From Chloroflexaceae bacterium (GTDB lineage: Bacteria > Chloroflexota > Chloroflexia > Chloroflexales > Chloroflexaceae): DNA of 64,000 nucleotides. This document shows positions 8,818 through 17,904 of this stretch, piece by piece. Below the pieces are notes generated by a model. That model was not told the origin of the DNA, did not search any database, and saw only the letters and a list, made by a program, of their open reading frames with translations. Position 1 is the stretch's first letter. Every line of letters starts with the position of its first letter. The stretch is from positions 2,106 through 66,105 of the forward strand of contig JAAUSY010000002.1 in the NCBI GenBank assembly GCA_012032475.1. Reading direction: 5' to 3'. The position numbers and the translations under genes are program-made.

Positions 8818-10116
8818 CTAGTGCTCTGGCAGCAGCGGGTTGATGGAGCGCTGGATGAGGACCGGGTCTTGCACCAGCTTCTTTCGTATCACGTCCCAGT
8901 ATTCCGGTTTCTCATAGCCCAGTTGCCAGATGGCAATGCCGGCCAGGTCCATGTTCTGGATCATCTCCAACTTCGATTCTAACCCCCGGTCGGTCATGAA
9001 CCAGACTTCGCGCATGCCGCGCTCGGACTGGTAGCGAAACCAGCTTTCGTCAACGGGACCGTCGCGGTTGCGCTGCATCAGGTTGACCGTCAAGTCTTGC
9101 TCTTCGATCAGGTCTTCGATATCGCCCCACGGAAGCCCCCTGGCGTTGCCCTGGGGGGGCCAGTCGTAGCCGTAGAACGGCACCCCGATGAATACCTTGG
9201 ATGGGTCAATCACTGTGGCAGCATATGCTGCCACGGTCTGGACCCAGTAGAGCGGGGCGACCGGCCCCGGCCCGCCCCCGCGCCAGTGGTAGTCATAGGT
9301 CATAATCCGCACCCGGTCGGCATATTGCCCGATGACGGCCCAGTCCTGGAAGCCGCCTAGCCCACCGTAGTCGCGGTCTTTGGCGTGGACGGCAACCGAG
9401 AGTGTTTTGCCGTGGACGTGGAGCGCTTCGCCCAACTCCTTGATGAACGCCGAATAGGGTGGTCGGACCGACGCGTCGAGGCTTTCATAATCGATGTCAA
9501 TCCCATCGTAGTTCCGCGCCAGAACCTCGTCCAGAATGTTCTGGACATGGCGCGACCGGAGCTGCGGGTCGGAGATGATGTTGACGATGATTTCGTAGTT
9601 GCCAATGTTGTGGATGCTCGGCAGCACGAGGATGTTGTTCTCATGGGCCAGCACGACCAGTTCGTCGTTGCGGTTGCCATAGAGCTGCCCGTCCGCATTG
9701 GTCGAATACCAGAAGGGGCTGATTTCATCGAGGATATCTTTGTTGGCATCGAACGACGCCCGCGCCCCGCCGCTCAACGAGGGGGGCAACCACGCCACGA
9801 TATACCGCCCGCTCTTCGGGTGGTAGCCCGTGGTCCGCGGGATGGGTGTGGCGACGGTAGGAACGGGAACGACGGAGGTCGCGGTCGGGAAGGTCTTGAG
9901 CGGCACCACTTCTTTGAGCACCGCGGGGACCACCGTCGGGGTGGGCTTCGGGGTGGCGGTGGGTCGTTCTTCAGCTCCAATGATGATGACCGGCCAGTCG
10001 GGGCGCTTGCTGGCGAGTTGCAGTGTCTCATAGACCAGAATCACCGCCACGGCGAGGGCGGTGAGATAGAGCATCCCAAAGAACATATTGCGAATGCGAA
10101 GTGCCAGATGGTTCAT
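8818..10116 (-). CDS. glycoside hydrolase family 18 protein with N-terminal membrane anchor
   Basis: 432 aa. The GH18 catalytic motif DxxDxDxE is present as YDGIDIDYE. The N-terminus has a TM helix followed by a Pro/Thr-rich linker. Confidence 0.8.
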   Translation of the reverse strand: MNHLALRIRNMFFGMLYLTALAVAVILVYETLQLASKRPDWPVIIIGAEERPTATPKPTPTVVPAVLKEVVPLKTFPTATSVVPVPTVATPIPRTTGYHPKSGRYIVAWLPPSLSGGARASFDANKDILDEISPFWYSTNADGQLYGNRNDELVVLAHENNILVLPSIHNIGNYEIIVNIISDPQLRSRHVQNILDEVLARNYDGIDIDYESLDASVRPPYSAFIKELGEALHVHGKTLSVAVHAKDRDYGGLGGFQDWAVIGQYADRVRIMTYDYHWRGGGPGPVAPLYWVQTVAAYAATVIDPSKVFIGVPFYGYDWPPQGNARGLPWGDIEDLIEEQDLTVNLMQRNRDGPVDESWFRYQSERGMREVWFMTDRGLESKLEMIQNMDLAGIAIWQLGYEKPEYWDVIRKKLVQDPVLIQRSINPLLPEH

Positions 10117-10128
10117 AACTGCTTTCGT

Positions 10129-10497
10129 TTAGTAGGCTCCCAGTTCTTCCAATCGCTCGTCGCTGATACCGAAGTGGTGGGCCAGTTCGTGCAACACCGT
10201 TCGGCGTACTTCCCGCCGCAGCTCGGCGCGGCTCGCGCAGTGCCGTTCCAGTGGCTCATAGAAGATGGTGATGGTTGCCGGAAGCGGCGCATGCCCACTC
10301 CCGCGCCGGGTCATCGGCACGCCTTCATAGAGTCCGTAGACGACTTCCCCTGGTCGCAGCCCGCACCTCTGGCAGGTCTCCCGCGTGATACGGGGTTCGA
10401 CGATGACTTCAACATTCTGGAGGTAGGCAGCAAAGCGTGGTGGGAGGTCGTCCAGCACCTCAGCAACCAGCTTTTCAAATGCTGCGGAGTCTGGCAT
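10129..10497 (-). CDS. zincin-like metallopeptidase family protein (Zincin_1 / DUF1025 type)
   Basis: The HExxH motif is present within VLHELAHHFGISDERLEELG, which is typical of this small family. ATG 10497 and GTG 10509 are both possible starts. Confidence 0.75.
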   Translation of the reverse strand: MPDSAAFEKLVAEVLDDLPPRFAAYLQNVEVIVEPRITRETCQRCGLRPGEVVYGLYEGVPMTRRGSGHAPLPATITIFYEPLERHCASRAELRREVRRTVLHELAHHFGISDERLEELGAY

Positions 10498-10709
10498 GGG
10501 GTGCCCCACCTTCCCCTCGCCCTATCATCTACTCATCTGTTCTGACCGCCGCCAGCAGGAGGCATCGGTTCCGCTCGTTCCCTACACTGGGCATTATACG
10601 GGGTTGGAGGATGGGATGTCAAGCGAATGGCCGGAGCTGTTCCAGGAACTGCCCCGGCCAACCAGGCGTCTGGCCGGGAAATTCGGTCCGATGAGACCTT
10701 GACCAGGGG

Positions 10710-10738
10710 TTTACAAAGACCGCCGGGTGTGGTATCAT
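10710..10738 (+). promoter_or_regulatory. candidate sigma70-type promoter of the tetR-exporter operon
   Basis: TTTACA (10710-10715), a 17-nt spacer, then TATCAT (10733-10738). It lies 57 nt upstream of the tetR ATG and is followed by an AT-rich (TCAA)n-like stretch. Confidence 0.35.
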
Positions 10739-10794
10739 TTAACTAACTAATCAATCAATTTTCCTGGTCTCAGGATCATCAATATCATAATCAT

Positions 10795-11175
10795 ATGGCT
10801 CGACCAAAAACCAACCACGAAGAGAAGAAAGCCCGGATTATCCAGGCGGCGATGGCGGTGTTTGCGCACCACGGTTACGAGGGCACGACAAACAAGCTCA
10901 TTGCGGCAGAGGTGCGCCGGCGCACCAGCGAGACGTTCAGCCCGGCGCTGATCTACCACTACTTCCCCGATGGCAAGCCCCAATTGCTCGCCACGGTGAT
11001 GCAGCAGTATCAACCGCTGCAAGCGCTTGGGCAAGCTGTGCGCGAGGCGAGTGATGCGCCCCGGAGGATGTTTTGCGCACGGTGGCGCGGAACTACGTTC
11101 GCCTCTTCAGCGAGCCAGAAACGCCGCTCCTGCTGCGTATCCTGCTCGCTGAGGGGCCACGCCACCCGGAGTTGA
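10795..11175 (+). CDS. TetR/AcrR-family regulator, N-terminal HTH fragment (frame-shifted)
   Basis: KKARIIQAAMAVFAHHGYEGTTNKLIAAEV is the TetR_N HTH. Sense is lost after about 11060. The C-terminal domain continues in the next ORF. Confidence 0.75.
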   Translation: MARPKTNHEEKKARIIQAAMAVFAHHGYEGTTNKLIAAEVRRRTSETFSPALIYHYFPDGKPQLLATVMQQYQPLQALGQAVREASDAPRRMFCARWRGTTFASSASQKRRSCCVSCSLRGHATRS

Positions 11176-11480
11176 CCCGCCGCGTGGCCGGGCAGATGTT
11201 TCAGATATTGATTATCCCGATGGCGACCTATTTGCAGCGTCAGGTCAACCTGGGGCATATCAACCCCATTCCGCCACTGGCGGCCATCCTCCAGTTTTTC
11301 GGGCCGCTGATGGTTCGCGGGCTGCTGATAGAAAACCTGAAGGCCGTCACCCCGCCGTTTCCGATGCCAGACGATGAGACGATGATTGAGCACCATGTCC
11401 GGACATTTCTGCATGGTCTGGCAACGGACGAGTACCGAGGACGTATGAAAGCGAACGCGCCAGAGAGGGAAAGAAGGTGA
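11073..11480 (+). CDS. TetR-family regulator, C-terminal ligand-binding fragment
   Basis: This ORF continues the TetR gene in another frame. Adding one C to the C4 run at 11059-11062 gives ...DAPPEDVLRTVARNYVRLFSEPE. Confidence 0.7.
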   Translation: MRTVARNYVRLFSEPETPLLLRILLAEGPRHPELTRRVAGQMFQILIIPMATYLQRQVNLGHINPIPPLAAILQFFGPLMVRGLLIENLKAVTPPFPMPDDETMIEHHVRTFLHGLATDEYRGRMKANAPERERR

Positions 11481-11486
11481 TGCACC

Positions 11487-12611
11487 ATGCGGTTGCTCTC
11501 GCTCATTCGGAAGGAGTTTATTCAGATTGTCCGTGACCCGCGCACGCTGGCAATGACCTTTGCGATGCCGGTGATGCAGCTTTTGCTGCTCGGCTATGCT
11601 GCCACCAGCGATGTTCGCAACCTGCCGATGGCGGTGCTCGACCAGGACAAGAGTCCGGCCTCGCGGGAGCTTCTCGATGCCTACCGCGTGGCCGACTACT
11701 ACCGGATGCGGTTTGATGTGCTTTCGGAAGCCGACCTGCGGAAACTGATTGACCAGGGGGCCGCCAGGGTGGGGATGATCATTCCCCGCGGCTACGGCGA
11801 TACCATTGCCGCAGGACAGACGGCGCAGGTAGCGTTTGTCATTGATGGCTCTGACCCGACCGTCGCGGGAACAGCGCTCTCTGCGGCGCAACTCATCGGC
11901 CAGGCAAAGTCAACCCGGCTGGCGGTGGCGCAGATGGAGCAGCGAGGGCAGGGGGGGGCGTTTCGGGCGCTCATTGATGTTCGAACGCAGGTGTGGTATA
12001 ACCCCGACCTGGAAAGTGCCTACTATATGGTTCCCGCGCTCATCGGGATGATTTTGCAGTTTCTCGCCACGCTCCTGACTTCGACCTCGATTGTGCGCGA
12101 GCGTGAGCGCGGGACGATTGAGCAACTGATTGTGACGCCGATTCGCCCGTGGGAACTCATCGTCGGCAAGCTGACGCCCTATGTCATCATTGCGTTCATT
12201 GATACTATGGAGATTCTCCTGGCGGGTATCCTGCTCTTTGGCATTCCCATCAATGGCAGCCTGCCGCTGCTGCTGGTCCTGACCGCGCTCTTTCTGGTCA
12301 CCACGCTCGGCATCGGCCTGTTCATTTCGACCATTTCGAATACGCAGCAGGAAGCGGTCATTTCTTCGATGTTCACGATTCTGCCCTCTATCTTCCTTTC
12401 GGGTCTCTTCTTCCCGCTGGAGGCGATGCCCGTTGTGCTGCAAACCGTCAGCTATGTGGTTCCACTGCGCTACTTTCTCATTGTGGTGCGGGGCATTGTG
12501 CTCAAGGGGGTGGGGTTGGAAATACTCTGGAAAGAAGTGATGGCGCTGAGTCTGTTTGGCCTGGTGATTATGGGGGCGGCGGCGCTGCGCTTCCGCAAGC
12601 GCCTGGATTAA
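11487..12611 (+). CDS. ABC-2 type transporter permease
   Basis: 374 aa. The N-terminus is MRLLSLIRKEFIQIVRDPRTLAMTF. A large extracytoplasmic loop is followed by 5 C-terminal TM helices, as in the YbhS/YhhJ-like family. Confidence 0.85.
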   Translation: MRLLSLIRKEFIQIVRDPRTLAMTFAMPVMQLLLLGYAATSDVRNLPMAVLDQDKSPASRELLDAYRVADYYRMRFDVLSEADLRKLIDQGAARVGMIIPRGYGDTIAAGQTAQVAFVIDGSDPTVAGTALSAAQLIGQAKSTRLAVAQMEQRGQGGAFRALIDVRTQVWYNPDLESAYYMVPALIGMILQFLATLLTSTSIVRERERGTIEQLIVTPIRPWELIVGKLTPYVIIAFIDTMEILLAGILLFGIPINGSLPLLLVLTALFLVTTLGIGLFISTISNTQQEAVISSMFTILPSIFLSGLFFPLEAMPVVLQTVSYVVPLRYFLIVVRGIVLKGVGLEILWKEVMALSLFGLVIMGAAALRFRKRLD

Positions 12612-12672
12612 GAAGCACGAAGCCTGGAGCACCGAGCACGGAGCCTGAAGTCTGGAGAGATAGGAGGTTGGT

Positions 12673-13497
12673 ATGCGACCCGATCCGCGTCGGATTATTC
12701 CGCTCGTCGTGGTCATCACGCTCATCGGGGGCGGGGGGTGGTGGGGGTATACGGCCTGGTTTGCTCCGCAGCGGAGCACGATTTCCGCCACCGGCACGAT
12801 TGAGGCGACCGAATATACCGTTTCGGCTGAACTGGCCGGACGTATCACCACCATGCTGGTGGATGAGGGAGACCCGGTCGAGGCGGGTCAGACGCTCGTC
12901 ACGCTGGACAGTTCGCTGCTGGTGACGCAGCGCGACCAGGCAGTGGCGAGCTATCAGGCAGCGCAGCAATCGGCGCTGGCCGCCGAGGCCAATGCGCAAC
13001 TTGAGCGCCGCAGCGCCAGCATCACCAGCGAACGACTGCGGGCCATCGAGGCGCAGGCCGAGGCATCCCGCGCTCAGGCCCAGGCGGCACTGGCCTCGGT
13101 GCGCTCCCTCGAATTGCAGATGAGCAAGATGAACCTGACCTCGCCCATTGACGGAGTGGTGATTGAACGCACGGCTGAGCCGGGGGAGATGGCGTTGCCG
13201 GGCGGGACGCTGCTGGTGCTGGCAGACCTCCGCAGCCTCCAGATAACGGTCTATGTTCCAGAAGACCGCTACGGCGGTATCATGATTGGCGACCGGGCCG
13301 CGCTGGAGGTGGATTCGTGGCCCGGCGAGACGTTCGTGGCGAGGGTGAAGCGGATTGCCGATGAGGCTGAATTCACTCCGCGCAACGTTCAGACCGCCGA
13401 GGGACGCAAGGTGCTGGTGTTCGCCATTACGCTGGAGGTGGAGCATACGGACGGCAGGCTCAAACCGGGGATGCCTGCCGACGTCCGGTTTGAGTGA
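12673..13497 (+). CDS. HlyD-family membrane fusion / secretion protein
   Basis: 274 aa. It has an N-terminal TM helix, the lipoyl-like motif VDEGDPVEAGQTLVTLD, a coiled coil, and the beta-barrel segment (LKPGMPADVRFE). Confidence 0.85.
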   Translation: MRPDPRRIIPLVVVITLIGGGGWWGYTAWFAPQRSTISATGTIEATEYTVSAELAGRITTMLVDEGDPVEAGQTLVTLDSSLLVTQRDQAVASYQAAQQSALAAEANAQLERRSASITSERLRAIEAQAEASRAQAQAALASVRSLELQMSKMNLTSPIDGVVIERTAEPGEMALPGGTLLVLADLRSLQITVYVPEDRYGGIMIGDRAALEVDSWPGETFVARVKRIADEAEFTPRNVQTAEGRKVLVFAITLEVEHTDGRLKPGMPADVRFE

Positions 13498-13532
13498 GCC
13501 GCTTGAGTGAGACGGAAGCACGAGCAACGAAG

Positions 13533-14507
13533 ATGGCAATACGAATTGAAGCCCACAACCTGCATAAGACGTTTGGGAGCACCCGCGCCGTGAATGGGGT
13601 GAGCCTGGAAGTTCACGAGGGCGAGGCGTATGGCCTGGTCGGGCCGGACGGGGCCGGGAAGACGACGACCATGCGGTTGCTGGTGGGGGCGCTCACGAGC
13701 GAGGAAGGGAGCGTGCATATTGACGGGCACGACCTCCGCACCCGGACGGAGCAGGCCCGCGCCCGTGTGGGCTACCTGGCACAGCGCTTCAGCCTCTACA
13801 CTGACCTGACGGTTGCGGAAAACATCCAGTTCTTTGGGGAGGTGCGAGGGGTGGTGGGGCCGGCCTTTGTGGCGCGGGCCGCCGAGTTGCTCCAGTTTGT
13901 TGGTCTGGCGGGGTTCGAACAGCGCCTGGCCGGGTTGCTCTCTGGCGGGATGAAGCAGAAACTCGGTCTGGCCTGTGCGCTGATTCACCGTCCGGGGGTG
14001 CTGCTGCTCGATGAACCCTCCGGCGGGGTTGACCCGGTGACACGCCAGGACTTCTGGCAACTGATTATTCGCCTGCTGACGGATGAGGGACTGGCGGTGA
14101 TCGTCAGTACGCCCTATATGGATGAGGCTGTTCGCTGCAACCGCATTGGCTTTATGTATGGAGGGCAGGTGCTGGTTGAGGGCCCCCCTCGCGAATTGAC
14201 GGCCAGGTTGGACGGGCGCGTGCTCGAAGTGGTGGCACGCCCTGGGATGACGGCCCGGCAGGTCTGCCTGGAGAACGCGGAGGTGGAGGACGCGGTGGTC
14301 TTTGGGGATCGGTTGCACCTGCGCCTGGGGGAGCGCTATGCCAGGAGGGAGGGTGACCAGCAGCACCCGGACCTTGCATCGCTGGTGCTGCGCCTGTCGC
14401 AGGCGCTGGAGGCCGAAGGGGTGCGGGTTGCCCGGCTGCGTCCCATCGCGCCCGGCCTGGAGGACGTGTTTATCTCGCTGCTCCAGCAGCAGGGGGAGGC
14501 CCGGTGA
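13533..14507 (+). CDS. ABC transporter ATP-binding protein (first of two)
   Basis: Walker A is GPDGAGKTT, the signature is LSGGMKQKL, and Walker B is LLLDEP. An alternative GTG start at 13494 overlaps the HlyD stop. Confidence 0.85.
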   Translation: MAIRIEAHNLHKTFGSTRAVNGVSLEVHEGEAYGLVGPDGAGKTTTMRLLVGALTSEEGSVHIDGHDLRTRTEQARARVGYLAQRFSLYTDLTVAENIQFFGEVRGVVGPAFVARAAELLQFVGLAGFEQRLAGLLSGGMKQKLGLACALIHRPGVLLLDEPSGGVDPVTRQDFWQLIIRLLTDEGLAVIVSTPYMDEAVRCNRIGFMYGGQVLVEGPPRELTARLDGRVLEVVARPGMTARQVCLENAEVEDAVVFGDRLHLRLGERYARREGDQQHPDLASLVLRLSQALEAEGVRVARLRPIAPGLEDVFISLLQQQGEAR

Positions 14508-14585
14508 TGATGATGGATAGCACCGCGTCATTCAACCATAGTTATGTCCAGTTATCGGTTGCCAGGTTGCTCTACTGCCTTGGAA

Positions 14586-14794
14586 CCTATACACCTGAGT
14601 TCGGGATAAGCAAATAGTTGTTTGACCCATTAAGAAGCTACATCAGAAAGACCAGGCGACAGAAACACCCTAATTTTTCAAATCCCGCCGTGTTTTTGTC
14701 CGTACTCGGAAGCACGTGGAGTACCAGACGGTAGCGCAATGTGACCTTTACGGCTTTCTGATGACATGTATTATCCCGAACTCAGGTTATACCG
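14586..14794. repeat. AT-rich insert bounded by inverted repeats between the two ATPase genes (MITE-like or structured RNA candidate)
   Basis: A perfect 17-bp inverted repeat, acctgagttcgggataa (14593-14609) and ttatcccgaactcaggt (14771-14787), extends to about 22 bp with one bulge. It encloses a 161-nt core of visibly lower GC. Confidence 0.55.
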
Positions 14795-14884
14795 TTCTGC
14801 CTGAACTGAGCATTGACGAGACGCTGGATATCCGGCTATCGCTGCATGAGATATTCGAGTAGGGATGAAAGGGGACAAGCCACG

Positions 14885-15880
14885 ATGAATGAACCGGGTG
14901 CGCCGGTGGTGCGGGCCGAGCATCTCACCCGCAAATTTGGCGATTTCATCGCCGTGAACGACGTTTCGTTCGAGGTATACCCCGGCGAAGTGGTGGGCTA
15001 CCTGGGACCGAACGGGTGCGGCAAAACGACCACGATGCGGATGCTGCTGGGCCTGCTCCAGCCAACGTCTGGCACGGCGCAGGTGCTCGGCTTCGATATC
15101 CGCACCCGGGCCGAGTCGATTCGCCCGCTGGTGGGCTATATGAGCCAGAAATTTGCGCTGTATGAAGAACTGACCGGCTATGAGAACCTGGTGTTTTATG
15201 CGGGGGTCTATGGGATGCGCCCCTCTGCCTATCGCCCCCGTATCCAGGAGGTGTTGGACCTGATTGGCCTGGCGGGGCACGAACGTGAGCGGGCCGGGGA
15301 GCTATCCGGCGGGTGGCGGCAGCGGCTCGCCCTGGGGATTGCCCTGGTCCACCGCCCTCGCCTGCTGCTGCTCGATGAGCCGACCAGCGGGGTTGACCCA
15401 TCGGCGCGGCGGCAGTTCTGGGATTTGATTTATCTGCTGGCAGAGCAGGGAACGACGGTCTTTGTCACAACCCACTATATGGACGAGGCGGAGCACTGCG
15501 GGCGACTGGGGGTAATGCACCGGGGCCGCCTGATGGCAATGGGCACTCCCGACACACTCAAACATTCGCAACTGCCAGGCCCGGCCTGGGATATCACCGT
15601 CCAACCCCTGATTCCAGCGCTGGATGCGCTGACGGCAACGCCCGGCGTGTTCCAGACCGGGTTGCTCGGTGACCACCTCCATGCCATCACGACCGGCGAC
15701 GCGCACACGGCAGAGAGCCTGGGAGCTGCCCTGGGGGACCACGGGTTCGGCAATGCCCTGATTGAGGAGGTCGAACCAACGCTGGAAGACGTGTTTGTGG
15801 TGCTGGCAGGCCACGGGGCCGATGCCACACCCGTCACGCATCACCCACCACCGGCAGAACCGGCTTGTGCGCCACGATGA
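14885..15880 (+). CDS. ABC transporter ATP-binding protein (second of two)
   Basis: Walker A is GPNGCGKTT, the signature is LSGGWRQRL, and Walker B is LLLDEP. I prefer ATG 14885 (MNEPGAPVVRAEHLTRKFG) over the track start at 14813. Confidence 0.85.
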   Translation: MNEPGAPVVRAEHLTRKFGDFIAVNDVSFEVYPGEVVGYLGPNGCGKTTTMRMLLGLLQPTSGTAQVLGFDIRTRAESIRPLVGYMSQKFALYEELTGYENLVFYAGVYGMRPSAYRPRIQEVLDLIGLAGHERERAGELSGGWRQRLALGIALVHRPRLLLLDEPTSGVDPSARRQFWDLIYLLAEQGTTVFVTTHYMDEAEHCGRLGVMHRGRLMAMGTPDTLKHSQLPGPAWDITVQPLIPALDALTATPGVFQTGLLGDHLHAITTGDAHTAESLGAALGDHGFGNALIEEVEPTLEDVFVVLAGHGADATPVTHHPPPAEPACAPR

Positions 15881-16712
15881 TGCCAAAAACGCTCCGCAGT
15901 GACACCACGTGCCCATCCTGTTCGGTTATCTCGAAGCATTCGCGGAAGCGGGCCGGGGCGGCGAGCAACCAGCGCTCCAGAGCGGCCCGCTCTGCTTCTG
16001 GCATCCGAATCCGCGCCGTCCAGGAATCGAACGCATAGGGTTCGCGAGGAAACTCTTCCGTATGAACCACCGATAGCCCCGCCTCCTGGCAGAAATCGTG
16101 CCACTCGGCAAAGCGGTAGGCCCGCACATGGCCGGGGTCACGCCAGCGCTCGAAGCGGTCCATAAAAGCATCCAGGTCAGTATCGTCCAGGCCGAGGTGG
16201 TCGGACACGAGCAACCGCCCGCCGGGGCGCAGCACCCGGGCTGACTCCGCCACAAACGCCCGAACATCGGCAAAGTGGTGGGCGGCCACCCGGCAGGTGA
16301 CGAGGTCGAACGATTGGGAGGCAAACGGCAGCGCTTCGGCAACTGCGCGGCAATAGTCAACCCTGCGACCACCGTGCGCGGCAAGGTGCTGGCGGGCCGC
16401 GGTGAGCATTTCAAACGTCAGGTCAATGGCAATGGTGTGCCGCACCTGGGGGGCAAACGCCAGCGCGGTGTGCCCGCCGCCGGTGGCAACATCCAGCACC
16501 CGTTCGCGGCCGGTTGGCGCGGCAAGTTCCAGCATCCGCGGCAGGTCGGCCCCGTGGGCGTGCGTGGTGCTGTGGACATAGGCGCTGGCGACCGGGGCAA
16601 ACTGGCGCTGCACCAGGGTGCGGAGGTCGGTCGGGTTCGGGGGGTCAGGTCTCGTTGGCTGAATGGGTCGCTTCCTGTTCTGCCGCTGCTTTTTCGTCGC
16701 TCTCGCTCTCAC
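15834..16712 (-). CDS. class I SAM-dependent methyltransferase
   Basis: VLDVATGGGHTALAF is motif I. The domain is Methyltransf_11-like. The start is uncertain. A GTG at 16613 would avoid the 68-nt overlap with the upstream gene. Confidence 0.75.
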   Translation of the reverse strand: MRARATKKQRQNRKRPIQPTRPDPPNPTDLRTLVQRQFAPVASAYVHSTTHAHGADLPRMLELAAPTGRERVLDVATGGGHTALAFAPQVRHTIAIDLTFEMLTAARQHLAAHGGRRVDYCRAVAEALPFASQSFDLVTCRVAAHHFADVRAFVAESARVLRPGGRLLVSDHLGLDDTDLDAFMDRFERWRDPGHVRAYRFAEWHDFCQEAGLSVVHTEEFPREPYAFDSWTARIRMPEAERAALERWLLAAPARFRECFEITEQDGHVVSLRSVFGIIVAHKPVLPVVGDA

Positions 16713-17457
16713 TCTCGCTCTGGGACTGGCGCTGCTTTTGCTGGAGAAACCTGGTCAGGGTGTTGCTGGCAAATACCGCAATACCCTCAAGCTCCGGGTC
16801 ATAGCGGGCAAATCCCTCAATGATGAGCACATCGTTGGGATTTTTGATAGCTTCCTTGACGCGGTCCCACTGCTTCTTGCTGATATAGACCATATAGGTC
16901 GTGGTACTCTGGGGCGGTTCTGGCATTCCTCTGGGCAACGCCGGAACCTTCCGTTCGGTCATCATCGTCATCGTAAAGGTGCGCTTTTCGACCACCTTGC
17001 CAGGTCTCCCGATGAGCGTTACTTTCACTCTGGCTTCTCCCTGTTCTTTCTTGAGTTCGTGCGCCACTTTGATACGATCTTTCCAATCAAATGGAACGTC
17101 TTTCTTGCGGCGCTTTTGCTCGATTTCCTTGTAGAAAAGGTAAAACGTGTCTTTTTTCGAGATGCGCTTGCGCACCAGGTAGAAGAAGACCCCACCGGGG
17201 GTTCGGCGGCGGCTGCCATCGCTGAGCAACAACCCTCCCTGAGCCTCAATCTGGAGGGTTTCTTCAAGCATCTGCTGCACGAACGTTGCTCCAAATTGCT
17301 GGGTGATGCGGCTGATGGTCGTAACGGGGCGCTTCTCGCTTTCGCCCAGAACCTGGGCAACATGGGCAACCATCTGGTTGGTATCCTGGTCAGGCTGGTC
17401 AGGCTGGTCAGCCTGATTCGGCTGGTCCTGGCCGTTATGTTCTTGAGGTGTGGACAT
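16645..17457 (-). CDS. protein with a PHAX-type RNA-binding (RNA_GG_bind) domain plus an uncharacterised C-terminal domain
   Basis: ISRITQQFGATFVQQMLEETLQIEAQGGLLLSDGSRRRTPGGVFFYLVRK closely resembles the PHAX RNA-binding domain as I recall it (...VEQNGGLFIMNGSRRRTPGGVFLNLLK). The termini are low complexity (QPDQPDQ and SESESES). GC is lower than in the neighbouring genes. Confidence 0.7.
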   Translation of the reverse strand: MSTPQEHNGQDQPNQADQPDQPDQDTNQMVAHVAQVLGESEKRPVTTISRITQQFGATFVQQMLEETLQIEAQGGLLLSDGSRRRTPGGVFFYLVRKRISKKDTFYLFYKEIEQKRRKKDVPFDWKDRIKVAHELKKEQGEARVKVTLIGRPGKVVEKRTFTMTMMTERKVPALPRGMPEPPQSTTTYMVYISKKQWDRVKEAIKNPNDVLIIEGFARYDPELEGIAVFASNTLTRFLQQKQRQSQSESESESDEKAAAEQEATHSANET

Positions 17458-17665
17458 TGGTTCCCTTCTCCTGAGTCTGCGATACCTGGTGCTACGGGTC
17501 GTATACCCTCATCCTGAATTCTGATGGGACAGGCCGTTGCTGCCTCATCGAGCAACCCGGAGCACCTGATAGCACCTTGACCGTTACCTCACAATCCATG
17601 CCCCCTCTGGAAACCACCCCACGACCTGACGTAGTCACTCCATGAACGAGCATGCCCGGCACAGG

Positions 17666-17693
17666 AACGCCCGAACGTGGTTGTTCGGGCGTT
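17666..17693 (-). terminator. GC-rich hairpin downstream of tRNA-Gly (no U-tract)
   Basis: The stem aacgcccgaac / gttcgggcgtt is 11 bp and perfect, with a 6-nt loop. It lies 36 nt beyond the tRNA 3' end. Confidence 0.4.
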
Positions 17694-17728
17694 GCGCGTA
17701 GGAGCCTGGTTGTCCACCAGAAACACTT

Positions 17729-17804
17729 TGGAGCGGGAGACGGGGTTCGAACCCGCGACCTACACCTTGGCAAGGTGTCGCTCTACCAACTGAGCTACTC
17801 CCGC
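17729..17804 (-). tRNA. tRNA-Gly (anticodon GCC), CCA encoded
   Basis: The reverse complement is GCGGGAGTAGCTCAGTTGGTAGAGCGACACCTTGCCAAGGTGTAGGTCGCGGGTTCGAACCCCGTCTCCCGCTCCA. It folds with a 7-bp acceptor stem, D arm, anticodon loop TTGCCAA, and a T arm with GGTTCGAAC. Total length is 76 nt. Confidence 0.95.
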
Positions 17805-17904
17805 ATAACTGGGGCCATTATAGCACGACTTCCGGTCCTTTGCAAGCGGGGGCAAGACAAGTGACGAAAGCCCCCTGTTCGCCACTCGTCTCACCGGCCC
17901 GGCC

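Noticed and set aside
14507-14617. A 36-codon ORF (MMMDSTASFNHSYVQLSVARLLYCLGTYTPEFGISK) starts in the TGATGATGATGG stop region of the first ATPase gene.
   Set aside because: It has no SD and no recognisable family, and it terminates inside the left inverted repeat. Support is insufficient to call a gene.
17458-17804. tRNA-Gly might be the integration site of a genomic island carrying the PHAX-like gene or the TIR locus.
   Set aside because: The window contains no integrase and no direct repeat of the tRNA 3' end that I could find. Only the PHAX-like gene shows lower GC. The evidence is too thin.
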